64,000 nt of DNA from an uncultured Clostridia bacterium (GCA_947304585.1 CAMZBI010000003.1:34811-98810), one strand, 5' to 3'; positions 10,831-21,326 are shown, counted from the first letter of the stretch. Translations and numbers: made by a program. The notes: a model not told the origin generated them from the letters alone.

Positions 10831-12048
10831 ATGAAAAACGTTTACGATATTCTTGTAGAGCGGGGCTTTATTGAACAGGCGACAGACGAAGAAGAGATCA
10901 GGAAGCTTCTTGAGAGCAAGAGCGTTACATTTTATATCGGTTTTGACGCTACGGCAGACAGCCTTACCGCGGGCCATTTTCTCACTATCATGGCAATGAT
11001 GCACATGCAGAGAGCAGGGCACAGGCCAATCGCTCTTCTCGGCGGCGGTACGACAATGGTAGGCGACCCCAGCGGCAAGTCCGACATGAGAAAGATCATG
11101 ACCAAGGAGCAGATCGACCACAACGCGGAGTGCTTCCTTAAGCAGCTGTCGAAGTTCATCGATTTCGACAATGACAAAGCTATAGTCGTTAACAACGCGG
11201 ACTGGCTCTTAAACCTCAATTACGTTGATTTCTTAAGAGAGGTCGGCGCTCATTTTTCCGTCAACAGAATGCTTGCCGCCGAGTGCTATAAGCAGAGGAT
11301 GGAGAGAGGCCTCACCTTCTTTGAGTTCAACTACATGATCATGCAGTCCTACGACTTCTACAAGCTCCACGAGATGTATGGCTGCGAGCTTGAGATGGGC
11401 GGAAACGACCAGTGGTCAAATATCATTGGCGGCGTTGAACTGGTTAGAAGAAAGCTTGGCAAGCCGGCCTACGGTCTCACCTTCAAGCTTCTCACCACCA
11501 GCGACGGCATCAAGATGGGCAAGACCATGAAGGGTGCTGTGTGGCTCGATCCCGAGAAGACGTCTCCCTACGAGTTTTACCAGTACTGGAGAAACATTGA
11601 GGATGTCAAGGTCGAGGAGTGCCTGGGTCTTCTTACTTTCCTGCCTATGGAGGAAGTGAGGCGCCTCGGTAAACTCGAGGGGGCGGACATCAACATTGCC
11701 AAGGAGACCCTTGCCTACGAGATCACCAAGATCGTCCACGGCCGGGAAGAGGCCGACAAGGCTCAGGCAGCCGCAAGATCCTTCTTCGGCGGCGCCAGGG
11801 ACAACGCTGACATTCCCACAACGACTATTACCGAATACACAGACGACGGTATTTCCGTTGTGGACGCTTTGGTCATCACCAAGCTTGCTCCCTCTAAATC
11901 AGAGGCTAGACGTCTTATCGATTCAGGCTCCGTCACTGTTGGCGAGGAGAAGATAACCGACAGAGCCGCAATGATTTCAAAAGAGACTCTTGCAGCAGGA
12001 GTTATCGTAAAAAAAGGCAAAAAAACTTTCCACAAGATCGTGATCTGA
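10831..12048 (+). CDS. tyrS: Tyrosine--tRNA ligase
   Basis: [32 protein letters not shown]-terminal S4-like domain. Confidence 0.97.
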   Translation: MKNVYDILVERGFIEQATDEEEIRKLLESKSVTFYIGFDATADSLTAGHFLTIMAMMHMQRAGHRPIALLGGGTTMVGDPSGKSDMRKIMTKEQIDHNAECFLKQLSKFIDFDNDKAIVVNNADWLLNLNYVDFLREVGAHFSVNRMLAAECYKQRMERGLTFFEFNYMIMQSYDFYKLHEMYGCELEMGGNDQWSNIIGGVELVRRKLGKPAYGLTFKLLTTSDGIKMGKTMKGAVWLDPEKTSPYEFYQYWRNIEDVKVEECLGLLTFLPMEEVRRLGKLEGADINIAKETLAYEITKIVHGREEADKAQAAARSFFGGARDNADIPTTTITEYTDDGISVVDALVITKLAPSKSEARRLIDSGSVTVGEEKITDRAAMISKETLAAGVIVKKGKKTFHKIVI

Positions 12049-12052
12049 AAGA

Positions 12053-12997
12053 ATGGCTGAAGTTAACAGTAATTTGGGGGGAGTTCCTTCACAGGTCTCC
12101 CCTGACAATGAAAACAGAACGGAAGGGTTTGTATTCGACGGCTGCGATACCTACGTTTATCAAGACCCTTCTCTTTTGTTTTCTCCCGAGAAGACTTTTG
12201 ACTGCGGCCAGTGCTTCAGATGGGAGCCTGTTGGCGACTCATATGAAGGCGTTGTTTCGGGTAAAAAACTTCTTGTTTCAGGCTCTGACGGGATCATAAA
12301 CGTTAAAGTGTTGGCGGGCGCGGCGAACTGTTCTTTTGCCTCTTATCTCGGCAATTATTTTGATATTGGTTTTGACTATTCGGCTGCTACTTCGTCTCTT
12401 ACGCTTAAAGACCCTGTTTTGAGAAAGGCTTGCGAGTGCTCAAAAGGCATTCGGCTCCTGAGACAGGACGTGTTTGAGACCGTCATTTCTTTTATAATTT
12501 CCGCCAACAACAACATCCCCAGGATCAAAAAATGCATTGACAACATATGCAGGATCTACGGAAAGTTGATATCAGACGATTGTTTCGCCTTTCCGGAACC
12601 ATCAGCTCTTGCAGCAGCAGATCCTGACGAGCTTCAGAAAGTCTGCCGTGTCGGCTACAGGTCTCCGTATATTGTTGAGACTGCAAGGCGTTTTGCCGAC
12701 GGGTCCGTCAATGCTGACGAACTGCTCGCTCTTTCCCCTAAAGATTCGGAAATACTTATATTGTCTCTTCCCGGTGTCGGACCCAAAGTACTCAACTGCA
12801 TAATGCTTTTCACAGGTCTTGACAGGTCCTCTTTTCCTGTTGACGTCTGGGTGGAGCGTATGATGGTTGACCTTTACGGTCTTTCGGGTATGACCCGGAA
12901 TCAGTTGGAGAAATACGGCAGGGAATACTTTGGCGAGTCAGCAGGCCTTGCCCAGCAGTATCTGTTTTATTACATCCGCGAGATCAGCCGCAAATAA
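12053..12997 (+). CDS. ogg: 8-oxoguanine DNA glycosylase/AP lyase (HhH-GPD, OGG1-like)
   Basis: DCGQCFRW, GIRLLRQD, SANNNIPRI, HhH GVGPKV, FPVDVW, AQQYLF. Confidence 0.88.
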   Translation: MAEVNSNLGGVPSQVSPDNENRTEGFVFDGCDTYVYQDPSLLFSPEKTFDCGQCFRWEPVGDSYEGVVSGKKLLVSGSDGIINVKVLAGAANCSFASYLGNYFDIGFDYSAATSSLTLKDPVLRKACECSKGIRLLRQDVFETVISFIISANNNIPRIKKCIDNICRIYGKLISDDCFAFPEPSALAAADPDELQKVCRVGYRSPYIVETARRFADGSVNADELLALSPKDSEILILSLPGVGPKVLNCIMLFTGLDRSSFPVDVWVERMMVDLYGLSGMTRNQLEKYGREYFGESAGLAQQYLFYYIREISRK

Positions 12998-13064
12998 CGT
13001 CTTAATTTATTTCATTTTCGTGGTATATTAACAATTGGTATTTGTTGTTTGAAAGGAAAACTGT

Positions 13065-14870
13065 ATGCAGACCGGCTCCAATCATTATTTAACAGCTGAA
13101 GAAGTTCTTTCTTCGGTAAATATTGTTTCCCTTGTCGGTCAGTACGTTGCCCTGAAAAAGCAGGGCGCTAATTATATCGGTCTCTGTCCCTTCCACGGCG
13201 ACAGGAGGCCTTCTCTTTTTGTGAGTGAAACAAAACAGATATTCAAATGCTTTGCCTGCGGCGTTGGCGGCAATGCCATCCGTTTCGTATCACTTGCGGA
13301 CAAGCTTCCTTATCCCGAAGCCATTGCCAAGGTGGCGGACTTCGCAGGCATCAAGTACGCCAAATTCAAAGAGACCGACGACAAGGTCCTGAAGCTCCGC
13401 AACGACATCCGTTCGATCAACAAAGAATCCGCCAGATTTTTCTTTAATGCTCTTAAATCCAGCAAAAAAGCTCAGACTTATCTTGAATCCAGAAAAATAT
13501 CACCTGAAACCGTTTCAAAATTCGGCATCGGTTACGCTCCGGACTCGTGGGACGCACTTTACCAGTATCTTCACAAAGCGGGTATTTCCGACGAGCTGAT
13601 TCTTAGAGCAGGACTTGCGGGTAAAAAAAATGACGGTTCCGGATTTGTAGACAGATTCCATGACAGACTGATGTTTCCGATATTCGACGAAGCCGGAAAC
13701 GTTATTGCCTTTGGCGGAAGGGTGATGGATCCTGATGCGAAGACCGCCAAATACATCAATTCACAGGAAACACCTGTCTATGTAAAGGGAGACCATCTCT
13801 ACGGCCTGAACATTGCCAAAAGATCTTCTTCCAAGACTGTTATAATCGTTGAAGGTTTTATGGACTGCATTGCTTTGCATCAAAAGGGCATTGACTATGC
13901 GGTGGCTTCACTTGGCACGGCTCTCACCGCCAAACAGGCTAAACTTTTAAAGAGATATTTTGAAGAGGTGATCGTGGCCTTTGACAATGACCAGGCGGGC
14001 AAAGACGCCACGTTGAGGAGCCTTGATATTGTTAAAGAGGCGGGCCTCTCCGTCAAGGTCTTCAGGCTTGAAGGCGCGAAGGATGCCGATGAATATCTAA
14101 AGGCTCACACCGCGGACGAGTTTGCCGCCCAGCTTGCGAAATCCAGCAGTTTGTTTGAATATAAATGCGCCGTTGCATCGGAAAAATATTTACCGGGCAC
14201 CAATGAGAATACAATTGGCTTTTTAAACGCGGTTAAAAAACTTTTGGCGTCGCTGCCGGAAACAGACAGAGACGTTTATACAATGTGGGTATTTGAAAAG
14301 TACGGCAGCACCTACGGCTTCACAAAAGACATGCTCAGTCAGAAAAACACCGGAAAAGCTCCGCAGCAAAGTCAAAACGAAAAAGCCCGCAGAATATTCA
14401 TCCCCGAAAGCGAGTACGGAAGCCATGAAAGCGACGAGGAAATGTCTGAAGAAGCCAAACGCATCGACAACGTGGAAAAGACATATCTTATTTGTCTTGC
14501 CGACAATCCCGGTTTTTACAAGTACGTCAATTATGCCGAGATCCGGCGGCTGTTCATGTTTGAGATAAACAGGCAGATTTTTGACAAGGTATACGAGTGC
14601 TGCGAAAACGGCTCCATAAAATGTTTCATGGACCTTCCTCCAATAAGTCCGTCGGCCGACAATGCACTGGCGGGTCTTTATCTTTCCTACAACATTTCAA
14701 AAGAAAATGCCAAAAATGCTTTTTCGGAGCTGACGTCAAGGATCATCTTACACAGCCGGCAGGCAAGAATGAAAGAACTTCAGGATCTGATCGACGATCC
14801 TTCCGTTCCGAGAGAAGAAAAAATCAAATATTTGATGGAGTTCCAGAAGCTTAAACAGGCCAAGGGCTGA
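13065..14870 (+). CDS. dnaG: DNA primase
   Basis: CPFH...CFAC zinc finger, [28 protein letters not shown] and FDNDQAG. Confidence 0.97.
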   Translation: MQTGSNHYLTAEEVLSSVNIVSLVGQYVALKKQGANYIGLCPFHGDRRPSLFVSETKQIFKCFACGVGGNAIRFVSLADKLPYPEAIAKVADFAGIKYAKFKETDDKVLKLRNDIRSINKESARFFFNALKSSKKAQTYLESRKISPETVSKFGIGYAPDSWDALYQYLHKAGISDELILRAGLAGKKNDGSGFVDRFHDRLMFPIFDEAGNVIAFGGRVMDPDAKTAKYINSQETPVYVKGDHLYGLNIAKRSSSKTVIIVEGFMDCIALHQKGIDYAVASLGTALTAKQAKLLKRYFEEVIVAFDNDQAGKDATLRSLDIVKEAGLSVKVFRLEGAKDADEYLKAHTADEFAAQLAKSSSLFEYKCAVASEKYLPGTNENTIGFLNAVKKLLASLPETDRDVYTMWVFEKYGSTYGFTKDMLSQKNTGKAPQQSQNEKARRIFIPESEYGSHESDEEMSEEAKRIDNVEKTYLICLADNPGFYKYVNYAEIRRLFMFEINRQIFDKVYECCENGSIKCFMDLPPISPSADNALAGLYLSYNISKENAKNAFSELTSRIILHSRQARMKELQDLIDDPSVPREEKIKYLMEFQKLKQAKG

Positions 14871-14953
14871 CTTTAATTTTTAATAAAATCAAGGTATATT
14901 TACCGTGTGAAGCTTTGACTTCAACAGAATCCCTTTCAGGAGGATTTTTTATT

Positions 14954-16462
14954 ATGGCAAAGAAAAATAAGAAAGACGAAAATGAAACAATTGAGAACAT
15001 GCCGGAAGTTTTGGATGCAGGTGAAGAGACTCCTGTAAAAAAGAAAAACTCCGGCACTTCTAAATCCGATAAAAATTCTTCGAAGACAAAAGACGTTTTT
15101 GAAGATTACGATGACCTCCCTTATGACGGATATTCTTACGACATTGATGATGAATCCGGTGAGGAATACCTTTCCGAAGATCCGGACGGCATGGAAGATG
15201 ATCTTGCCGAAAAGGAGCCTGATGATAAAGATCTGGAGGATTGCGAAAACGATTTTTCCGATCAGGATCTGATGAATCTAGACGATGAAATTGACGATCT
15301 TGATGACGACGTAGACGACTCCGAAGATCCGGATCTTAACTCTTTGATCGAGGCTGTTTCTGCTGAAGACCTGAACGACGATAAGATAAACGACGAAGAC
15401 GATTTCGAGTTCATGTTCATCAAAAAACTGATCGAAAACGCCAAAGAGACCGGAATTATATACGCAGACGAGATCAACGATCAGGCAGGCGACTATAAAT
15501 TTTCCGATAATTTCTTTGACAAGATCTACGAGCAGGCCGAGAAAAACGGCATAACCATCAGCGGCGATCTGAATGAGGCCAAATCAGACGGCAAATTATT
15601 TACCGACTCCATCGGTACAGCAGAAGGCATCAACGTTGAGGACGACGTAAGAATGTATCTCCACGACATCGGCAAAGTGCCTCTTCTTACTTTCGAAGAA
15701 GAAAAAGAATTGGCTATCGCCATTGAAAACGGTGACTCGTTTGCACGGGACAAGCTTATTGAATCAAACCTCAGACTCGTTGTAAGCATTGCCAAAAAGT
15801 ACGTGAGAAGAGGTCTTTTGTTCGAGGATCTGGTATCCGAAGGAAACCTGGGCCTCATGAGAGCAGTTGAAAAATTCGACTACAGAAAAGGTTACAAGTT
15901 CAGCACCTACGCCACTTGGTGGATCAAACAGGGAATTCAAAGAGCTATTGCCGACCAGGGCAGAACAATTAGAATCCCTGTCCACATGCACGAGAAGATC
16001 AATAAAATGGTCAAGGCCCAGAGGCAGCTTGCCCAGGAACTTGGCCAGGATCCCACACCGGAACAGATCGCAAAAGAGATCAATGAGACCCCGGGACAGG
16101 TCAGAGACATGCTTCGTATCGCGCTGGAACCCATCTCCCTTGAAACTCCAATTGGTGACGAGGACGAGAGCAATATTGGCGATTTCATCCAGGATGACGA
16201 GAACAATTCGCCTCTTGAGTATTCAAGACGCGAGAATATGAAGATCGACGTTGACGAAGCTCTCCAGGCTCTGAACGAAAGAGAGGCCCAGGTGCTGATC
16301 ATGAGGTTCGGCCTTGACGACAACAAGCCCAAGACCTTGGAAGACGTTGGCAAGCACTTCAACGTCACAAGAGAGCGTATCAGGCAGATCGAGTTCAAGG
16401 CTTTGAGAAAACTTAAACACCCCTCCAGAAGCAGAAAACTGAAGGATTATATCAACGGCTGA
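14954..16462 (+). CDS. rpoD: Primary RNA polymerase sigma factor with a long acidic N-terminal extension
   Basis: [50 protein letters not shown]; AGGAGG RBS before ATG 14954. Confidence 0.96.
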   Translation: MAKKNKKDENETIENMPEVLDAGEETPVKKKNSGTSKSDKNSSKTKDVFEDYDDLPYDGYSYDIDDESGEEYLSEDPDGMEDDLAEKEPDDKDLEDCENDFSDQDLMNLDDEIDDLDDDVDDSEDPDLNSLIEAVSAEDLNDDKINDEDDFEFMFIKKLIENAKETGIIYADEINDQAGDYKFSDNFFDKIYEQAEKNGITISGDLNEAKSDGKLFTDSIGTAEGINVEDDVRMYLHDIGKVPLLTFEEEKELAIAIENGDSFARDKLIESNLRLVVSIAKKYVRRGLLFEDLVSEGNLGLMRAVEKFDYRKGYKFSTYATWWIKQGIQRAIADQGRTIRIPVHMHEKINKMVKAQRQLAQELGQDPTPEQIAKEINETPGQVRDMLRIALEPISLETPIGDEDESNIGDFIQDDENNSPLEYSRRENMKIDVDEALQALNEREAQVLIMRFGLDDNKPKTLEDVGKHFNVTRERIRQIEFKALRKLKHPSRSRKLKDYING

Positions 16463-16483
16463 CCGTTATTTTGCGATATTCAT

Positions 16484-17770
16484 ATGAAAAAAGGTTTTTC
16501 ACGAACTATCTGCTTTTTGATCGCTGCAATAATTCTCTCCGGCATTGTGCTCATTCCTTTCAATGTCATTGAATCCGCAGCATTCAACAAAGCAACCGCC
16601 AATTCGATTGCAGGCAACACAAGGCTTGGCAGCATTAAAGCTAAAGCCTATGCCTCGATGTATTTCGATTCCGGCGAGGTCTCTTTTATGAGTGAAAACG
16701 CCCACGAAAAATTTTCCGTCGGCAACCTCATTAAACTAATGACGATTTACCTTGCCTTCGAAGCGGTAGAGAAGGGCGATACCAGCCTTAAATCCGGCGT
16801 CAAAGTTTCAAAAGCTGCTCAGAACATCTCTGTCGGAAAGGAAAGAGTCTTTCTCGACAGCGGCAAAGGCGAAGTCATAACCGTTGAAGAAGCCGTTATT
16901 GCAATGATCGCAGGCTCCGCCAACGACGCCGCCTATGCTCTCGCAGAGCACATTTCCGGTACCACCGAAGGCGATTTTGTGGACATGATGAACAGGAAAG
17001 CCGCTGTTCTTGGCCTTAACGACACCCACTACGTGGACTCCACAGGTCTCAAGATCATCACCGACGGCCAGTACACCAGCGCCTACGACCTCTGTATGCT
17101 CTCCTACAGGCTCATAAAAGACTTCCCTGCAGTTCTGAATTACACCCGTATCACCTCCGGTACTTTCGTTCACTCCTCCACAGGACAGCCCGACACCAAC
17201 ATGCAAAGCTCCAACGCTCTTGTATACTCCGGCATGCTGGAAGGTGCCGACGGTCTTCTTGTAGGTTACTCCAACGCAGACCTCTACGCCCAGGCAGCCT
17301 CCGCAAAGATCGGTGACGAGCGCACGATTGCCGTTGTTATAGGAGAAAAAACTCCCGAAGACCGTGCCGGCGAGCTCAAATATCTTCTTGAAATGACAGC
17401 CAGAGTCTTCGAATGGCGCGAGCTGGACAAAGAAGGCACCTATGTCAGAATGATCTCCGTCAAAGACGGCAAGACACTTAAAGTCAAAACCGTTACCGGC
17501 CAGTCCCTTGACTATATCGCCAACACCAATGAAAAATACACCGTCGAAAAGAAGATAGTTCTCGACGGCGTGATCGAAGCCCCCGTCTCAAAGGGCGACA
17601 TCGCCGGCAAGGTCGTATACCAGAAGGCCTTCTCCCAGCCCGACGGCACTAAAACCTATGAAGAAATCGGCAGCGTTGATCTGATTATTGACGAGGACGT
17701 GGACCGGGCAGGGTGGTTCCTGCGGTTCCTGCGAAGGATATTGGAATTCCTTGGGTTGATGCAGTATTAA
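16484..17770 (+). CDS. D-alanyl-D-alanine carboxypeptidase homolog (peptidase S11/PBP5 fold) with degenerate catalytic motifs
   Basis: Overall DacA/DacF pattern (KLMT, GSANDAAYALAEH, MNRKAAVLGL, TSAYDL, PBP5 C-terminal domain). SxxK position reads NLIK and KTG position reads LVG. Confidence 0.85.
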   Translation: MKKGFSRTICFLIAAIILSGIVLIPFNVIESAAFNKATANSIAGNTRLGSIKAKAYASMYFDSGEVSFMSENAHEKFSVGNLIKLMTIYLAFEAVEKGDTSLKSGVKVSKAAQNISVGKERVFLDSGKGEVITVEEAVIAMIAGSANDAAYALAEHISGTTEGDFVDMMNRKAAVLGLNDTHYVDSTGLKIITDGQYTSAYDLCMLSYRLIKDFPAVLNYTRITSGTFVHSSTGQPDTNMQSSNALVYSGMLEGADGLLVGYSNADLYAQAASAKIGDERTIAVVIGEKTPEDRAGELKYLLEMTARVFEWRELDKEGTYVRMISVKDGKTLKVKTVTGQSLDYIANTNEKYTVEKKIVLDGVIEAPVSKGDIAGKVVYQKAFSQPDGTKTYEEIGSVDLIIDEDVDRAGWFLRFLRRILEFLGLMQY

Positions 17771-17802
17771 TGAAAATAAGCTGCGGGGTGACGGTATTGC
17801 GC

Positions 17803-17894
17803 AGTGAACAGATTACAGTGTATAGTCATCAGTTAGCAGAATACAGTTAAGAATTAACAGTGTAAAATTTTACAGTTGACAGTGTACAGTTAAC
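17803..17894 (+). repeat. Heptamer array B (about 13 units)
   Basis: agtgaac agattac agtgtat agtcatc agttagc agaatac agttaag aattaac agtgtaa aattttac agttgac agtgtac agttaac. Confidence 0.85.
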
Positions 17895-17929
17895 GCTTGA
17901 CAATTATTGTTACAAGATTTTAATTACAG

Positions 17930-17957
17930 CAGCCGTTGGCAATTGGCACGGCTGTTT
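17930..17957 (+). terminator. Putative intrinsic terminator after the dac-like gene
   Basis: CAGCCGT...ACGGCTG stem followed by TTT. Confidence 0.5.
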
Positions 17958-17984
17958 AAATTTTGACAAAACTCAAAATACCAC

Positions 17985-18013
17985 TTGAAACAAATATTCC
18001 GCTGTGGTATAAT
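17985..18013 (+). promoter_or_regulatory. Near-consensus sigma-A promoter of the four-helix-bundle gene
   Basis: TTGAAA-17 bp-TATAAT with an extended -10 TG. Confidence 0.75.
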
Positions 18014-18226
18014 TGTTCCGAAAAGAGATGAAGTTCTCTTTTCTTATTCAGATCTTCGTGCCGAGGCTTTTGTTATTTGAACTTTACTGAGTGCACATTT
18101 ATGGTAAAGCCAAATAATCCTATTCGGAACAGAAACGAACCGGCCAATCGTTTTTGGAGAAATACTTTAAGCTCAAGGGATTTGATTACAGGTATTATTG
18201 ACAGATTGAACAAGGAGGAACTATTT

Positions 18227-18592
18227 ATGAGTCATTCAGAACTATTGAACAGATCATATGATTTTGTAATTGATATTACTAATCTTGCAGGAGTGCTTAA
18301 GGAAAGAAACGAATATTTAATTTCAACCGAAATTTGCCGATCGGGAATAGATGTCGGCGTAAATATCTATCAGGCACAGCATGCTGAAAGTATCGAAGAC
18401 TTTTCGCATTATCTTTCGGTTGCTCTGCAGAAAGCGAACGTCACGGATTACTGGCTGAAATTGCTTCTAAACTCCGGAGATATCGATGAGGTCACATATA
18501 AACGGATCAATAAAAATTGTTCTGATATCATGAGGATGCTAATCTCTGCAGTTAAGACAACCAGGAAAAAGATGGGCAGATATAATCCATGA
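18227..18592 (+). CDS. Four helix bundle protein (TIGR02436 / 23S rRNA IVS protein / Avd-like family)
   Basis: Pattern RSYDF...EICRSGIDVGVNIYQAQHAES..DFSHYLSVALQKANVTDYWLKLL matches the family consensus (QLLRSGTSIGANxxEAQxAxSxxDFxxKLxIALKEAxETxYWLxLL). AAGGAGG RBS before ATG 18227. Confidence 0.82.
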   Translation: MSHSELLNRSYDFVIDITNLAGVLKERNEYLISTEICRSGIDVGVNIYQAQHAESIEDFSHYLSVALQKANVTDYWLKLLLNSGDIDEVTYKRINKNCSDIMRMLISAVKTTRKKMGRYNP

Positions 18593-18644
18593 ATTGACGA
18601 TCATGCGTAAATCGTGCTTCTGTTTTCTAAGAAAAGAAATCGCG

Positions 18645-18704
18645 GCGCCGTCAAAAATACAGCGCCGCACCGCAACTCATCACTGTCCACGCTCAACAAT
18701 TCAC
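18645..18704 (-). repeat. Heptamer array C plus GC hairpin
   Basis: Minus strand from the stop of the M50 gene: agtgaat tgttgag cgtggac agtgatg agttgcg gtgcggc, then GCGGCGC...GCGCCGC hairpin. Confidence 0.75.
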
Positions 18705-19382
18705 TCATATAATCGCACTGAAAGGAATTGTCCAGATCGTTGTGAACAGGCTTGAGAGAAGCGAAGCAGGATAGAAGATTATTTCGCCAAGGTTGGTCAG
18801 TCTCATAAGAATTATAAAACCAAGGTAGACGAAAATACTGTATCGTTCAACCTTGTAGAGAAAACTGTTCCATTTGTAAGGGGTGAAGGTCGTTATGATC
18901 TTGTAACCGTCAAGGCCCGGGAGGGGCAGAAGGTAGAAGATTGCAAGGATCAAAGGGTAATACTGGGCGTAATAAAAAAGGAGTGATATATAGTATAAAA
19001 CCTGTGACTCGGCACCGTTCTTCAAGTAGAGAAGGTTCAGCGGAACGTAGATCATTGAGATTAGAAAGCTGGTTGCCACAAGGGTGAGAGAGCCCGAAAG
19101 ACAGTAAAGCACAGTATCTCTTTTATAATGCTTGTAGTAAGTGCTGTTTGTAGGCATTGGTTTCGTCCAGCCGAAGTGGAAGATTATCATGCAGGCAAGA
19201 CCGATCCAGTCGATGTGGTTGATCGGGTTCATAGTAAGTCTTCCGTTGTTTTCGGGTGTTGGGTCGCCGAGCCATTTTGAGACAAGTGCCTGGCCAAAGC
19301 CTTTTGCCGTGAAAGCAAAGATTATGCCAGGAATTGAGATCAGCATGCCTATCAGTGCGGTTGGTGAAAAAAGATCTATCAT
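18705..19382 (-). CDS. Site-2 protease (M50) family membrane protein lacking HExxH
   Basis: LGDPTPENNGRLTMNPINHIDWIG, FGWTKP and LLPLPGLDG are family hallmarks; the HExxH position reads KGFGQ. Confidence 0.82.
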   Translation of the reverse strand: MIDLFSPTALIGMLISIPGIIFAFTAKGFGQALVSKWLGDPTPENNGRLTMNPINHIDWIGLACMIIFHFGWTKPMPTNSTYYKHYKRDTVLYCLSGSLTLVATSFLISMIYVPLNLLYLKNGAESQVLYYISLLFYYAQYYPLILAIFYLLPLPGLDGYKIITTFTPYKWNSFLYKVERYSIFVYLGFIILMRLTNLGEIIFYPASLLSSLFTTIWTIPFSAII

Positions 19383-19549
19383 TCCGTCTATCTCCGTTAC
19401 TGGATTTACGGATTGATTATATTAAAAATATGCGCTTTCTTCAACGAAATTCGGCGACTTTAATATTTTTTCAGCAATGGTTTTGTTGTATAATCAGGGT
19501 GGGCGCAAATGCAGGTCTTTCCGAATGCGATTCCATCGACAACTGTTAA

Positions 19550-20545
19550 TTGAAAGTGAAGAAAATGGCTGTGAACGTTAAAGATATTATAATAAACAAG
19601 ATCAAAGAGTATGACACGGTCATATTGTGCAGGCATATAAGACCTGACGGGGATGCCATTGGTGGGACCCTCGCACTTATGATGATGATCAAGGCTGCGT
19701 ATCCTGAAAAGAGAGTCTTTGTGGAAAGAAAAGACGATAATCCAGAACTCTCATTCCTTGGAGATCAGGGGCCTCTTCCCGAGGACGTGGACTTTAAGGA
19801 TGCTCTTGTTATTATAATAGACACAGCTGCAGCCCACAGAGTTTCATCAGACAATGCTTTTTCTGGAAAGGAAATCATCAAGATAGACCATCATATTCCT
19901 GCTGATATCGTATGCGATATTTCCTGGACGGACCCGTCTATAAATTCTGTATGCGAGATGATCACCGAGCTTTGGTCTGAACACAGGGACGATCTTATGA
20001 TGACAAAAGAAGCTGCTCTTAACCTGTTTGTTGGTATTGTCACAGACTCGGGGCGATTCAAATACCGGGGTACAACTTCTCAGACTCTTAGATGTGCTGC
20101 GATGCTGATGGATTACGGTTTTGACTATGAACGTGTGTATTCTCTTCTTGATGCAAAGGACCTTAACAGGGTTAAAAATGAGTCAGCGCTGATGTCCTAC
20201 GTCAAATTTACTCCAACCGGTGTGGCTTATCTTTATTTGTCGAAGGATATCATAAACCAATTCTGCCTTTCCGGGATTGAAGCGTCTGATTCAGTGGATA
20301 TCATGGGCAATATTAAAGAAACTTTGATATGGCTTGTATTCATTGAGAATGACGACGGATCGATAAGAGTCAGGATTAGGTCCAGGTTTGTAGCCATACA
20401 GTCCGTTGCAAAGAAGTTTAATGGTGGAGGTCACGAATTGGCTTCAGGCGCGACAGTTTATTCAAAAGAAGATGTGGCGGCAGTACTCGCAGATCTTGAC
20501 TTGATCCACGGTGAGTTCAAGAATAGTAATCCCGACCTTTTCTGA
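19550..20545 (+). CDS. nrnA: DHH/DHHA1 family oligoribonuclease / pAp phosphatase (NrnA-like)
   Basis: RHIRPDGDAIG, DTA, DHH, TDSGRF, GGGHELASG. The true start may be ATG 19565. Confidence 0.88.
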   Translation: MKVKKMAVNVKDIIINKIKEYDTVILCRHIRPDGDAIGGTLALMMMIKAAYPEKRVFVERKDDNPELSFLGDQGPLPEDVDFKDALVIIIDTAAAHRVSSDNAFSGKEIIKIDHHIPADIVCDISWTDPSINSVCEMITELWSEHRDDLMMTKEAALNLFVGIVTDSGRFKYRGTTSQTLRCAAMLMDYGFDYERVYSLLDAKDLNRVKNESALMSYVKFTPTGVAYLYLSKDIINQFCLSGIEASDSVDIMGNIKETLIWLVFIENDDGSIRVRIRSRFVAIQSVAKKFNGGGHELASGATVYSKEDVAAVLADLDLIHGEFKNSNPDLF

Positions 20546-20557
20546 TTTGAGGTGTCT

Positions 20558-21295
20558 ATGAACATACTTGTGACAAATGATGACGGCCTGAGCGCTCCGG
20601 GACTAAAATATCTAGCCGAATTTGCCAAAACTATCGGCAACGTCACTGTTGCAGCTCCAAAATATGAACAAAGCGGCAGGTCCCACGGCGTTGTTATAGA
20701 CAGGCCATTTGAAGTGATCAGGACAGGCGAGTTTGATTACATTGGCGCCGAGACGTACCGCATAGATGCATCTCCTGCTGACTGTGTCAGGTTTGCCGTC
20801 GACGCACTTAACGTAAAATTTGATTACGTACTGGCCGGGGTCAACGGTGGACTCAACCTTGGTGATGATATTTCATATTCCGGGACCTGCGCTTGCGCAT
20901 TTGAAGGCGGTCTTTCCGGTATTCCTTCAGTTGCTTTTTCGGCAAAGCACAGGGCTGTGGAGTCAGCCTGCAGCAGCCTTCCGCATATATGGAGCTTTCT
21001 TTCCGGAAACGCATTCAGCGTTTGCAATGTTTTCAACGTTAACATTCCTGCTGATCCTGTTGGCATTAGATTCACTTCACAGGGCGGCTTTTACTACAAG
21101 GACAAGTTTATCCCTGTTGAGGGTGAAAACTTGTACAAGGCCGAATATACCCGTTCAAGAGACCCTGATGCGCCTCTGGACATAAACTTTGACATTGACG
21201 CTGTCCTTGCCGGTTATATATCTGTAACTCCTCTGTTGGTGAAACGCTTTGACGCCGATGCTCTTCGGCTTCTTGGGCTAAAAAACAACAGTTGA
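20558..21295 (+). CDS. surE: 5'/3'-nucleotidase SurE
   Basis: ILVTNDDG, SGRSH, PADCV, NGGLNLGDDISYSGT, ISVTPL. Confidence 0.92.
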   Translation: MNILVTNDDGLSAPGLKYLAEFAKTIGNVTVAAPKYEQSGRSHGVVIDRPFEVIRTGEFDYIGAETYRIDASPADCVRFAVDALNVKFDYVLAGVNGGLNLGDDISYSGTCACAFEGGLSGIPSVAFSAKHRAVESACSSLPHIWSFLSGNAFSVCNVFNVNIPADPVGIRFTSQGGFYYKDKFIPVEGENLYKAEYTRSRDPDAPLDINFDIDAVLAGYISVTPLLVKRFDADALRLLGLKNNS

Positions 21296-21297
21296 GT

Positions 21298-21326
21298 TTG
21301 AAAATACTCTCTTAATTTAGTATAAT
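21298..21326 (+). promoter_or_regulatory. Sigma-A promoter of metA
   Basis: TTGAAA-17 bp-TATAAT. Confidence 0.72.

Noticed and set aside
17803-17894. Heptamer arrays as CRISPR arrays
   Set aside because: The period is 7 bp with no 23-47 bp conserved repeat and unique spacers, and there are no cas genes in the window.
18227-18592. Diversity-generating retroelement, because the protein is Avd-like
   Set aside because: No reverse transcriptase and no TR/VR pair differing at adenines were seen in the window.
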